Source of the DNA: Novosphingobium sp.
GTDB taxonomy: Bacteria; Pseudomonadota; Alphaproteobacteria; Sphingomonadales; Sphingomonadaceae
Direction: 5' to 3'
NCBI GenBank assembly: GCA_036384395.1
Contig: DASVMK010000098.1
Location: 93 to 64,092 of the forward strand
DNA length: 64,000 bases
In this document: piece after piece, positions 24,117-33,123 of the stretch
Numbering within the stretch: the first letter of the stretch is position 1
How the letters are laid out: each line of letters begins with the position of its first letter
Made by a program: the position numbers and the translations under genes
Notes under the pieces: model-generated
Told to the model about the DNA's origin: nothing
The model's input: only the letters and a program-made list of their open reading frames with translations
Database searches by the model: none

Positions 24117-25319
24117 TCACTCGCCCGAGATGTCGATCGTCACTTCGGTCGACAGGCCGACGCGCAGCGGATGGGCGGCAAGCTCCCGGGGATCGAGCTC
24201 GATCCGCACCGGCAGGCGCTGGACCACCTTGATCCAGTTGCCGGTGGCGTTCTGCGCCGGGATCAGCGCCATCGACGCGCCGGTGCCGCCGGAGAAGCCC
24301 GCGACCTTGCCGTGATAGACCACGTCGCCGCCATAGATGTCGGCGGTGACCTCGGCCGGCATGCCGACGCGCACGTCGCGCAGCTGCCGCTCCTTGAAGT
24401 TCGCCTGGACGTAAACCTGGCTCAGCGGCACGAGGCTCATGATCGGCGCGCCTTGCGCGACGCGCTGGCCCAGCTGGACCTGGCGCCGGGTGACGACGCC
24501 GTCGATCGGCGCGCGGATCACCGTGCGGTCGAGGTCGAGCCGGGCGGCGTCGAGCCTGGCCTTGGCGGCGAGCACGCCGGGGTCGGTGTCCTCGGTCGAG
24601 CCGCGCACCAGCGCTTCGTTGGCCGAAAGCTCGCCGGCGGCGGACTGGCGGGTGGAGCGGGCGCCGGCGATCGTCGCCTGCGCGGTCGCCACCCCGGCGC
24701 GGGCCGAAGCCAGCGCCTGGCGCGCCGAGGTCAGCTCCTCGCCCGAAACGCCACCGCTCGCGGCCAGGGCCTCGCGGCGCTGCAAGTCGATCCGGGCCTT
24801 CTCGAAGTCGGCCTGGGCGGCGGCGAGTTGCGCCTGCGCCTGCGCGACGCTGGCGCCGCCCGCGGCGACGCGCGCCGACAGCGCCGATCCGGTCGCCACG
24901 GTCTGGCGGAAGCGGCGCCGCGCCTCGGCCAGCTCGGCTTCGGCCTGGGCGAGGGCGATGCGGGCGTTGGTGGGATCGAGCCGCACCAGCACTTGCCCGC
25001 GCCGCACGGCTTGGGTGTCCTTCACCGCGACCTCGATCGCTTGGCCGGCGATCAGCGGTGTGACCTGGGCCAGCTCGGCGTCGACATAGGCGTTGTCGGT
25101 GCCGACGTGGTTGCGGCCGACCAGCAGATACCAGGCCAGCCAGACCAGCACGCCCAGCCCGACGGCGAGCGCCAGCCGGGCCAGCCAGGTCTTGCGCGCG
25201 GCCAGCCGGCGCGCCTTGGCGGCGGCGGCGGCCTCCGCCTCGTCGGATGCGTTGGCCACGGCCGCGTCGATCGCGTCGCCTTCCAGCACTTTGCCGGTGT
25301 CGTCTTCCCAATCAGCCAT
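24117..25319 (-). CDS. HlyD/EmrA-type periplasmic adaptor subunit
   Basis: TDNAYV, VIRAPIDGVV, ANFKERQL..VRVG, PAQNATGNWIKVVQRLPVRI. Confidence 0.94.
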   Translation of the reverse strand: MADWEDDTGKVLEGDAIDAAVANASDEAEAAAAAKARRLAARKTWLARLALAVGLGVLVWLAWYLLVGRNHVGTDNAYVDAELAQVTPLIAGQAIEVAVKDTQAVRRGQVLVRLDPTNARIALAQAEAELAEARRRFRQTVATGSALSARVAAGGASVAQAQAQLAAAQADFEKARIDLQRREALAASGGVSGEELTSARQALASARAGVATAQATIAGARSTRQSAAGELSANEALVRGSTEDTDPGVLAAKARLDAARLDLDRTVIRAPIDGVVTRRQVQLGQRVAQGAPIMSLVPLSQVYVQANFKERQLRDVRVGMPAEVTADIYGGDVVYHGKVAGFSGGTGASMALIPAQNATGNWIKVVQRLPVRIELDPRELAAHPLRVGLSTEVTIDISGE

Positions 25320-26778
25320 GCGACTGGTCCTTGTCGGTGTGAGTGTCTTGCGAGATGCCCGCGAAGCCGCCACCGAGCGCGCGGATCAGCGCGATGTCGG
25401 CGCTGCGCGCGGCCGCCTCCAGGCTCGCGGCGGCGAGGCGCGCGGCCAGCAGGCGGTCCTCGACTGCGAGCACGTCGAGATAGTTGGAAAGCCCCGCTCG
25501 GTAGCGGCCTTGCGCGATGGTATAGGCATCTTGCGAGGCGGCGACCGCGGCGCGTGCGTCGGCGAGCCGCTGGGCGATCATGGTCACCCCGGTGACCGCG
25601 TCGGCGGCGTCCTGATAGGCGGTGACCACCGCCTGGTCGTAAGCGGCGACGGCGAGGTCGTAATCGGCGCGCGCGCCGCGATAGCGGCCGCGCCGGGCGC
25701 CGGCGTCGAAGATCGGCAGGTCGATCGCCGGGCCGGCGCTGCCGTAGAGCGAGTCCTTGGCGATCAGGTTGTCGAACCCGAAGGCCTGGACCCCGACCAG
25801 CGCGCTCAGACGGATCGACGGGAAGAAGTCGGCGCGCGCCACCCTGATGCGCCGCGCCGCCGCCTCGACCCGCTCGCGCGCGGCGACGATGTCGGGACGG
25901 CGCGCGATCAGCGCGGTGGTCGTGCCTTCGGGCACGCCGGCAAGGCGCGCGGCGGGCAAAGCGGGGCGGGCGATGGCCAGCCCGCGGTCGGGGCCGGCGC
26001 CCATCAGCGCGGCGATCTGGTGCTGGCGGACGGCGATCGCCTGCTCGGTCTCGCCCAATGCGGCGCGCGCGGTCGCGGCCTCGGCATCGGCCTGGCGCAA
26101 GCTGCCGCGCGTCTCCAGCCCGTTGATCTGGCGGTCGCCCACCAGCTTGCGCGAGGCGTTGCGCACCTCGAGCGCGGCCAGGCGCACGTCGCGTTCGTCG
26201 TAGAGGCGGGCGAGGTCGGCGTAAGACGAGGCGATGCCGGTCGCCAGCGTCGTCCGGGCCTGCGCGAGATCGAGCGCTGCCGCGCGCTCTTCGGACGTCG
26301 CGGCGGCGAGCGCGGCGCGGTTCTTGCCCCAGAGATCGAGATCGAAGGCGAGCGTGCCCGCGACTTGCGCGCTTTCCTGCCAGCCGTGCGGGAGGAACGG
26401 CTTGAACGTGTCGGGGAAACCCAGGTTGAGGCTCTGCCGGTCGTAGCCGGCGCGCCCTTGCGCATCGAGCGTCGGCAGCGTCGCCGCGCCGGCCTGTTGG
26501 GTCAGCCCGCGCGCGCGCTGCAGCCGCGCGGCGGCGGCGGCGACGTCGGGCGCGCCTTGCAGCGCCTCCTCGATCAACGCCGAGAGCTGCGCGTCGCCAT
26601 AGTCGGTCCACCAGCGATCTCCGGGCCACGCCGCGCCGGGCGCGGGCGCCAGACTGCGGGTCGCCGCGACGCTTTCGGGCGTGCGCGGGATCGGCTTGGG
26701 GCCCAGGTCGGGAGGCGTGACGCAGCCGGCCAGCAGGAGAAAGCCGAGGGGGACCGCGAATCGAGAGTGTCTGGTCAT
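25312..26778 (-). CDS. NodT/TolC-family outer-membrane efflux lipoprotein
   Basis: Lipobox LAGC, WW..YGDAQLSALIEEAL, FDLDLWGK, RRPDIVAA, P.FDAG. Confidence 0.93.
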   Translation of the reverse strand: MTRHSRFAVPLGFLLLAGCVTPPDLGPKPIPRTPESVAATRSLAPAPGAAWPGDRWWTDYGDAQLSALIEEALQGAPDVAAAAARLQRARGLTQQAGAATLPTLDAQGRAGYDRQSLNLGFPDTFKPFLPHGWQESAQVAGTLAFDLDLWGKNRAALAAATSEERAAALDLAQARTTLATGIASSYADLARLYDERDVRLAALEVRNASRKLVGDRQINGLETRGSLRQADAEAATARAALGETEQAIAVRQHQIAALMGAGPDRGLAIARPALPAARLAGVPEGTTTALIARRPDIVAARERVEAAARRIRVARADFFPSIRLSALVGVQAFGFDNLIAKDSLYGSAGPAIDLPIFDAGARRGRYRGARADYDLAVAAYDQAVVTAYQDAADAVTGVTMIAQRLADARAAVAASQDAYTIAQGRYRAGLSNYLDVLAVEDRLLAARLAAASLEAAARSADIALIRALGGGFAGISQDTHTDKDQSHG

Positions 26779-26784
26779 AGAAAA

Positions 26785-26866
26785 CCGTACCACTTGGTAT
26801 GGAATGCTAGGGGATGTGGGCGCACCCCATCCGCTTGTCAACCCGGTATCGTACTATATAGTATGG
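26785..26866. promoter_or_regulatory. Two TetR-type operators YCGTAC-N6-GTATGG
   Basis: CCGTAC-CACTTG-GTATGG (26785-26802) and TCGTAC-TATATA-GTATGG (26849-26866), each beside one of the divergent starts. Confidence 0.7.
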
Positions 26867-26871
26867 TAACG

Positions 26872-27510
26872 ATGTCCGTGGAGTCTCCCACCCCCGCCAG
26901 CCGCAGAGAGGCCCGGCGTTTGTCGCGCCGCGACACGATCCTCGATGTCGCCGGCCCCTATTTCCTCGAACATGGGTACGGCGGCACGACGATGTCGGCG
27001 GTCGCCGCCGCGCTGGGCGGGTCCAAGGGAACGCTGTGGAGCTATTTTCCGTCCAAGGAGATGTTGTTCGCAGCCGTGATCGAACGGGCGAGCGAATCGT
27101 TCCGCGCGCAGATCGCCGCGATCCTGCGGCCGGACAAGGCGCTCGACGTCGCGCTGCACGACGTCTGCTGCGAACAGTTGCGCAAGGTGACCTCGCCCGA
27201 TGCGATCGCGCTGCACCGGCTCGTCGCGGGCGCGGCCGGGCGTTTCCCGGAAGTCGGGCGGATCTTCTACGAGAACGCGCCGCGGCTGACGCAGCGACTG
27301 ATCGCCGATTATCTGGAGCAGGCGATGGCGCGCGGATTGCTGCGCCGGGCCGATCCGCTGCGCGCCGCCCAGCATCTCCATGCGCTGTGCATGTCGCGCA
27401 GCTATCAGCAGCATCTCCTCGGTGTGATCGACGACGTCACGCCCGAGATGATCGAGGCCGATGTCGCCAGCGCGCTCGAGACGTTCGTGTCCGGCTATGG
27501 CTCCTCCTAG
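26872..27510 (+). CDS. TetR/AcrR family transcriptional regulator
   Basis: HTH GYGGTTMSAVAAALGGSKGTLWSYFPSKEMLF; divergent from the efflux operon. Confidence 0.93.
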   Translation: MSVESPTPASRREARRLSRRDTILDVAGPYFLEHGYGGTTMSAVAAALGGSKGTLWSYFPSKEMLFAAVIERASESFRAQIAAILRPDKALDVALHDVCCEQLRKVTSPDAIALHRLVAGAAGRFPEVGRIFYENAPRLTQRLIADYLEQAMARGLLRRADPLRAAQHLHALCMSRSYQQHLLGVIDDVTPEMIEADVASALETFVSGYGSS

Positions 27511-27523
27511 GCGAGTGGGCGTT

Positions 27524-28024
27524 GTGAGCTTTCCCGAGCGCTACGACACTCCGGTGCTGCGCGTCCGCATCGCGCTGATCGCCGAGAGCTTCGCGCGGCT
27601 GCTTGGTCGTCCGCTGGTCGCGCCCGGTTGTGATGCGGTCGAAGCGCTGTGGATCGCGCCCGAGGCCATCGTCGCGCATGGCACCGGGGCCGATCCCGCG
27701 TTCTTCTTCGCCAACCGCGTCGCGCTGGCGGCGTTCGACGCCGATCTCGACCGCTTCCTCGGCATGCCCTCGCGGCTCTCGGCCGAAGCCTCCGCGCGCG
27801 GCGAGCGCCAGGCGCTGCTCGACCGTGTGACCCGCGACGGCTTCATCGCCGACTATGCGGGGGTGCGCGTGACCTTGGACGGGCGGCGTTTCCGCATCGC
27901 CGATGCGACGGTGTGGAACCTGATCGATGCGGATGGGCAGGCGCACGGCCAGGCCGCCGCCTTCGCGCCGCCGCTGAAGGACGCCCGGCGGGCCGAGGTC
28001 TCGCGGGCGGTAGGAAAGCTGTAG
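27524..28024 (+). CDS. Stand-alone MEKHLA (PAS-like) domain protein
   Basis: HGTGADPAFFFAN..AL..F...PSRLSAE..ER..LL.RV..DGFI.DY.GVR....GRRF.I..ATVWNLID; start uncertain. Confidence 0.8.
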   Translation: MSFPERYDTPVLRVRIALIAESFARLLGRPLVAPGCDAVEALWIAPEAIVAHGTGADPAFFFANRVALAAFDADLDRFLGMPSRLSAEASARGERQALLDRVTRDGFIADYAGVRVTLDGRRFRIADATVWNLIDADGQAHGQAAAFAPPLKDARRAEVSRAVGKL

Positions 28025-28025
28025 G

Positions 28026-29438
28026 TTACCCCAGCGGCAGCACCAGCTCGGCGCGCAGGCCCGCGACCGAACCGTCGGCGCGGTGGCGGTTGGTCAGGCG
28101 CAGCTCGCCGCCGTGCTGCTCGGCGATCGCGCGGGCGAGCGCGAGGCCGAGGCCGGCGCCGCCGGTTTCGGTATTGCGCGAGGGTTCCCCGCGGGTGAAC
28201 GGATCGAGCATCCGCCCCATCGCCGATTCCGGGATGCCAGGCCCCTCGTCGTCGATACGGATCGTCGCCCGGCTGCGCTCGCGCGACAGCGAGACGTCGG
28301 CCGTCCCGCCATAGCGCAGCGCGTTGCCGATCAGGTTGCGCAGCGCGCGGCGCAGCCAGGTGGCGCGCAGCGGCAGGACCATCCGTTGGGTGTCCCCCAG
28401 GCGGACGTTCTCGCCCATGTCCTCGTATTCCTCGACCACGGCGGCGACGAGCGCGGAAAGCTCGAACGGCTCGCATGGATCGCTCGGGCGGCCGACGCGG
28501 GCGAGCGAGAGGATGTCGTCGAGCGTGTGGACGATGTCCTCGATGGTCGCGGCCATGCGCCTGCGCTCGCTCTCGTCCTCGACCGTCTCGATGCGGACGC
28601 GCAGCGCCGCGAGCGGGGTCTTGAGATCGTGGCCGATGGCGCCGAGCATCACGTCCTTCTCGTCCAGCAGGGCCGAGATGCGGTCTTCCATCGCGTTGTG
28701 CGCGATCATCAGCCGGCGCACGTCGTCGGGCCCTTGCGGATCGAGCCGCCCCGCCGGATCGCGCGTCTCGGCGAAGCGCTCGACGCGGTCGGTCAGCGCC
28801 GCGAGCGGGCGGGTGATCCGCCGCAGGATGAAGGCGATGGCGCCGACGACGACGAGGTAGAGGAACAGCGTCTGCGCCACCAGCGTGCGGACCACGAGCG
28901 ATTCGTTGGTTGGCTCCATCACCCGCGCCACCAGCCATTCCGACTGGTCCGGGCGGCGCACCACGGCAAGCAGCACGCCGCCGTCGCTGCGCCGGACCCG
29001 CCGCTTCATGATCCGCGCCTCCCATTCGAAGCGCCGTATCGTGAAGGGATCCGCCTCGGCCTCGCGACGCACGACGATCAGCGCGTCGGTGGCGAAGTCC
29101 TGATCGCTCAGCACTTCGCGCAGCCGCTGCTCGATCTTGGGGTCGCGCTCGTCGGCGGGCTGGATGGGATCGACGGCGGTGCGTTCCGGGGTGAACGTGC
29201 GCGGCACCTCGGGAAAGCGGGTGCCGATCGGATCGGGCTCGCGCGAGGGGATATGGTTGGTGCGCGTCACCGACAGCAGGCGGAAGGCGAGCGCGTGGGC
29301 CAGCACGATGTCGCGCCGTTCGGCCTGCGCGCGATAGACCAGCAGCGCGCTGAAGCCTTGCGCCAGCAGCAACGCGATCGCCACGGCCATCAGCATCTGG
29401 CCCTTGAGGCTGCGCGGCCAGAACCGGCAGGTCACCAC
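28026..29438 (-). CDS. Sensor histidine kinase (HAMP, HisKA, HATPase)
   Basis: Two TM helices, AIGHDLKTPL (H box), NLIGNALRYG, DDEGPGI, GAGLGLA; GTG start uncertain (29438 or 29435). Confidence 0.92.
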   Translation of the reverse strand: MVTCRFWPRSLKGQMLMAVAIALLLAQGFSALLVYRAQAERRDIVLAHALAFRLLSVTRTNHIPSREPDPIGTRFPEVPRTFTPERTAVDPIQPADERDPKIEQRLREVLSDQDFATDALIVVRREAEADPFTIRRFEWEARIMKRRVRRSDGGVLLAVVRRPDQSEWLVARVMEPTNESLVVRTLVAQTLFLYLVVVGAIAFILRRITRPLAALTDRVERFAETRDPAGRLDPQGPDDVRRLMIAHNAMEDRISALLDEKDVMLGAIGHDLKTPLAALRVRIETVEDESERRRMAATIEDIVHTLDDILSLARVGRPSDPCEPFELSALVAAVVEEYEDMGENVRLGDTQRMVLPLRATWLRRALRNLIGNALRYGGTADVSLSRERSRATIRIDDEGPGIPESAMGRMLDPFTRGEPSRNTETGGAGLGLALARAIAEQHGGELRLTNRHRADGSVAGLRAELVLPLG

Positions 29439-29445
29439 CGGCGGC

Positions 29446-30168
29446 TCATCCCCGTACGCGCCGCACGTCGGCGGCCAGCATGTAGCCGCCACCCCAGACG
29501 GTCTGGATCAGTTGCGGGCTGCGGCTGTCGACCTCGATCTTGCGGCGCAGACGGCTGACCTGGTTATCGACCGCGCGGTCGAACAAGTGCGCCTCGCGGC
29601 CCTGGACCATGTCGAGCAGCCGATCGCGGTCGAGCACCTGGCGCGGGTGATCGAGGAAGGCGACGAGCAAGCGGAACTCGACCGAGGAGATGACGACGAC
29701 GGCGCCCTCCTGGTCGGTCAGCCGGCGCTTGAGCGGATCGAGCCGCCAGCCCTCGAACTCGTAGAGCTCGTTTTCGCCGGCTTGCCCGGCGACGCGCGCC
29801 GAGCGGCGCAGCACGCTGCGGATGCGCGCGACGAGCTCGCGCGGCTCGAACGGCTTGACGACATAGTCGTCCGCGCCGATCTCCAGCCCGACGATACGGT
29901 CGGTCGCCTCGCCCCGCGCGGTCAGGAAGATCACCGGGATCGCCCGCGCCTCGACAACGTGGCGGCACAGCGAGATGCCGTCCTCGCCGGGCATCATGAT
30001 GTCGAGCAGGAGGAGGTCGGGGGGGGCGTCGCGCAGCAGCGTGCGGGCCTGGGCGGCCGAGGACGCCTGGCTTACGCAAAACCCTTGGCGCGAGAGATAG
30101 TCGGCCAGGGGGGCGCGCAAGGCCGCCTCGTCGTCGACCAGCAGCAGTTTGATCGGATCGTCGTTCAT
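29446..30168 (-). CDS. OmpR-family response regulator
   Basis: LLVDDE, LLDIMMPG, FLTARG, GADDYVVKPF, DRAVDNQVSRLRRKIE, TVWGGGY. Confidence 0.95.
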   Translation of the reverse strand: MNDDPIKLLLVDDEAALRAPLADYLSRQGFCVSQASSAAQARTLLRDAPPDLLLLDIMMPGEDGISLCRHVVEARAIPVIFLTARGEATDRIVGLEIGADDYVVKPFEPRELVARIRSVLRRSARVAGQAGENELYEFEGWRLDPLKRRLTDQEGAVVVISSVEFRLLVAFLDHPRQVLDRDRLLDMVQGREAHLFDRAVDNQVSRLRRKIEVDSRSPQLIQTVWGGGYMLAADVRRVRG

Positions 30169-30674
30169 CCGGGCGACGGTTGCCCTGCCGGGCCGCGGCG
30201 CGGCGTCTGCCGCGGCGCCCGCGCGCGGCGCTCGGCGGGGGTGAGGCGGCCGTCCTTGTTGGCGTCGGCGGCGTCGAACCGGCGGAGCGCGACGGCGATG
30301 TACTCGGCCTGGGTCACGCCGCCGCTAGGACCGGCGGCGGCGCCGGCCGGCGCGCCGGGACGCGGGCGCGCGGCTTGCTTGGCGGGGCCGCCATCCTTGG
30401 CCGCATTGGTGCCGGCGGCGGTGAATTCGCTGCGCGAGAGCTGGCCGTCGTGATCGGTGTCGAGCCGGTCGAACAGTTCGGCGCGGCGGGCGTCGCGGTC
30501 GGCGCCGTCCAGCTTGCCATCCTTGTTGACGTCGAGCTGGTCGAACATCCGCGTCGCCACCGCCTGGGCCTGGTCGCGGGTGAGATCGCCGGCGGCGTCC
30601 TCCCGCTTTTCGAGGGCGTAAGCGGATCCGGCGGCGAGCGTCGCCAGCAAAAGACCGATCAGCGCGTGCCGCAT
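30165..30674 (-). CDS. Secreted EF-hand domain protein
   Basis: Signal peptide; loops DVNKDGKLDGAD, DTDHDGQLSRSE, DANKDGRLTPAE; stop overlaps the RR start. Confidence 0.85.
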   Translation of the reverse strand: MRHALIGLLLATLAAGSAYALEKREDAAGDLTRDQAQAVATRMFDQLDVNKDGKLDGADRDARRAELFDRLDTDHDGQLSRSEFTAAGTNAAKDGGPAKQAARPRPGAPAGAAAGPSGGVTQAEYIAVALRRFDAADANKDGRLTPAERRARAPRQTPRRGPAGQPSPG

Positions 30675-30795
30675 GGGCCGTCCTCCTGAAATGAGAAAAC
30701 CGGGCGGCGCGGGGGAGGGGAAGGGGGTGCGCCACCCGGTTTCCATTGCGGAGATATCCCCTTCCTGTCGCGCCATTGTGCCGCGTTCCCCCTCA

Positions 30796-30814
30796 ATTGT
30801 CGCAATTTGTCGCA
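30796..30814 (-). promoter_or_regulatory. Direct repeat TTGTCGCAA x2 (10-bp period), candidate autoregulatory site of the adjacent OmpR-type RR
   Basis: TTGTCGCAA at 30796 and 30806, with weaker copies at 30765 and 30776, upstream of the EF-hand/RR/HK operon. Confidence 0.5.
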
Positions 30815-30858
30815 AACGGGAAGAGGCGTTCATCGCATCGCAACCTCACCCTCGCCGA

Positions 30859-31257
30859 TTAGCGCGGACGATGCTCGGTGCCGAAGCCGGCGGTGATGAA
30901 CAAACAGGTGGCCTGGTCCACGACATCGGCGGTGTGCCAGACCCCCGGCGGGTTGATCGCGTACTCGCCTGCCTGCAGCGTGACGACACGCGGCTCGCTG
31001 CCATCGACCTCCTGCACCAGCCGGATCTCGCCCGAGACGCAGACCACGACCTCGTCGCCCGCCGGGTGGCGTTCCCAGGCGTCCCACGGCGCGGAGAAGC
31101 TGTAGAGGCTGACCAGTCGCCCCTCGGTGCCGTCGGCGGTCGTGCGCCGGCCGTATTCCTCGTACCAGTCGATGCCGGTGAAGGCGGGCTGCGATCCCGC
31201 GGTGCCGCCCAGGCCGAGGTGGATCGGATGCTCGGCGAGGCGCAAGGGTCCGGTCAT
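30859..31257 (-). CDS. Cupin domain protein
   Basis: WERHPAGDEVVVCVSG and INPPGVWHTA cupin motifs. Confidence 0.85.
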   Translation of the reverse strand: MTGPLRLAEHPIHLGLGGTAGSQPAFTGIDWYEEYGRRTTADGTEGRLVSLYSFSAPWDAWERHPAGDEVVVCVSGEIRLVQEVDGSEPRVVTLQAGEYAINPPGVWHTADVVDQATCLFITAGFGTEHRPR

Positions 31258-31280
31258 CGCGGGTCTCCTCGGGTCAGGGG

Positions 31281-33095
31281 CTAAAGCGGGGCGCACTGCG
31301 CCGCCAGCCAGGCGCGCGGCGCGTCATCGAGCTGCGGGCCGACGATGTCCAGCACGCGCGCGTGATAGGCGTTCCACCAGGCGCGCTCGTCGGCGTCGAG
31401 CAACGTGACTTCCACCAGCGCACGGTCGATCGGCGCGTGGGTCAGCGTCTCGAAGCCGAGGAACGCGCCCTCGGCCCCCGGTATCGTCCGTTCCTCGACC
31501 AGCACCAGGTTCTCGATGCGGATGCCGTAGGCGCCGGTCTTGTAATAGCCCGGTTCGTCCGAGAGGATCATGCCGGCGAGCAGCTCCTGCTCGGTCCCAC
31601 CCTGTCCGCCGGCGCCCTTGCCGATCCGCTGCGGCCCTTCGTGGACCGACAGGAAGCTGCCGACGCCGTGGCCGGTGCCGTGCGCGTAGTCGAGGCCCGC
31701 CGCCCACAGGAACTGGCGTGCCAGCGTATCGAGCTGGCTACCGACCGTGCCGGCGGGAAACACCGCGCGGGCGAGCGCGATATGGCCCTTGAGCACGCGG
31801 GTGAAGCGGTCGCGCACTTCGGCCGGCGCCTCTCCCGGTCCGATCCACACGGTGCGGGTGATGTCGGTCGTGCCGTCCGGGTATTGGCCGCCCGAATCGA
31901 CGAGATAGATCGAGCTTGGCTCGAGCCTGCGGTTGCTCTCCTCGCTCACGCGGTAGTGGACGACCGCGCCGTTCGGCCCCGCGCCCGAGATCGTGTCGAA
32001 CGACAGGTCGCGCAGATCGCCGGTCTCGCGGCGCAGCTGGTGCAAGCGCTCGGCGGCGTCGATCTCCGTCACCCCGCCCTGGGGCGCTGCCTCGGAAAGC
32101 CAGTGGAGGAAGCGCGTCACCGCCGCGCCGTCGCGTGCCTGCGCGGTGCGCTGGCCGGCTTGCTCGACGGGGTTCTTGATCGCCTTGGGCAGCACGCATG
32201 GGTCGCGTTCCTCGACCACCTCGGCGTCTTGCAGTTCGGCGAACACCGCCTGCACCGCGCGTTCGGGATCGACCGCGACGCGCTTGCCACCAAGCGCCCG
32301 CAGCGCGGAAACGAAACCGTCACGCGGGGCGACCCGCACCGCGTCGCCCAGATGCGCGCGCAGATCGGGCGTCACTTTCTCGGGCGCGACGAACCAGTCG
32401 GCGGTGCCGTCGGCATGGGCGATGACGAACGACAGCGCCACCGGCGTCCGCTCGACGTCGCTGCCGCGCACATTGAGCAGCCAGGCGACCGAATCGAGCG
32501 CGGTGATCACCGCCGCGTCGAGCTTTTTCGAAGCGAGCCATTCGGCCACCGCCGCGCGCTTGGCCTCGCTCGACTGGCCGGCGAACGCCTCACCGTGGAC
32601 CAGCGCGGGCGCGGACGAAGGCGCGGGCCGATCGGCCCAGATCGCGTCGATCGGGTTGCCCTCGACCGCCACCAGCCTCGCCCCGCGCGCGCCCAGCGCC
32701 TTGCCCGCCGTTTCGACCCAGCGCTTGCCGTGCAGCCAGGCATCGTAGCCGATCCGCGCGCCTTCGGGTGCGTGTTCGCCCAGCCAGGCGGCGACGCTGG
32801 TCTGCGGCACGCTCTGGTAGTCGTAGAGTTGCCCGTCCACCTGGTCGCGCACTTGCAGCGTGTAGCGCCCGTCGACGAAGATCGCCGCGCCCGGTCCCGT
32901 ACCAGGGTCCTTCAGCACCACCGCCGTTCCGGTCGAGCCGTTGAACCCTGTCAGCCACTGCAGCCGCTGGGCATAGCCGCCGACGTATTCGCTCATGTGC
33001 TCGTCGGAGATCGGCACGACGAACCCGTCGAGCCCGCGCGCCTCCAGCTCCTTGCGCAGCGCGGCGAGGCGGGATTCATGGGTCTTCATCAGCAT
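31281..33095 (-). CDS. Aminopeptidase P family (M24B) Xaa-Pro aminopeptidase
   Basis: GFNGSTG, FVDGRYTLQ, DSGGQYPDGTTDITRT, HGTGHGVG, VHEGP, EPGYYK, GIRIENL. Confidence 0.95.
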   Translation of the reverse strand: MLMKTHESRLAALRKELEARGLDGFVVPISDEHMSEYVGGYAQRLQWLTGFNGSTGTAVVLKDPGTGPGAAIFVDGRYTLQVRDQVDGQLYDYQSVPQTSVAAWLGEHAPEGARIGYDAWLHGKRWVETAGKALGARGARLVAVEGNPIDAIWADRPAPSSAPALVHGEAFAGQSSEAKRAAVAEWLASKKLDAAVITALDSVAWLLNVRGSDVERTPVALSFVIAHADGTADWFVAPEKVTPDLRAHLGDAVRVAPRDGFVSALRALGGKRVAVDPERAVQAVFAELQDAEVVEERDPCVLPKAIKNPVEQAGQRTAQARDGAAVTRFLHWLSEAAPQGGVTEIDAAERLHQLRRETGDLRDLSFDTISGAGPNGAVVHYRVSEESNRRLEPSSIYLVDSGGQYPDGTTDITRTVWIGPGEAPAEVRDRFTRVLKGHIALARAVFPAGTVGSQLDTLARQFLWAAGLDYAHGTGHGVGSFLSVHEGPQRIGKGAGGQGGTEQELLAGMILSDEPGYYKTGAYGIRIENLVLVEERTIPGAEGAFLGFETLTHAPIDRALVEVTLLDADERAWWNAYHARVLDIVGPQLDDAPRAWLAAQCAPL

Positions 33096-33123
33096 GGTTG
33101 CGGTCCTCGTGGGTGCACCATAG

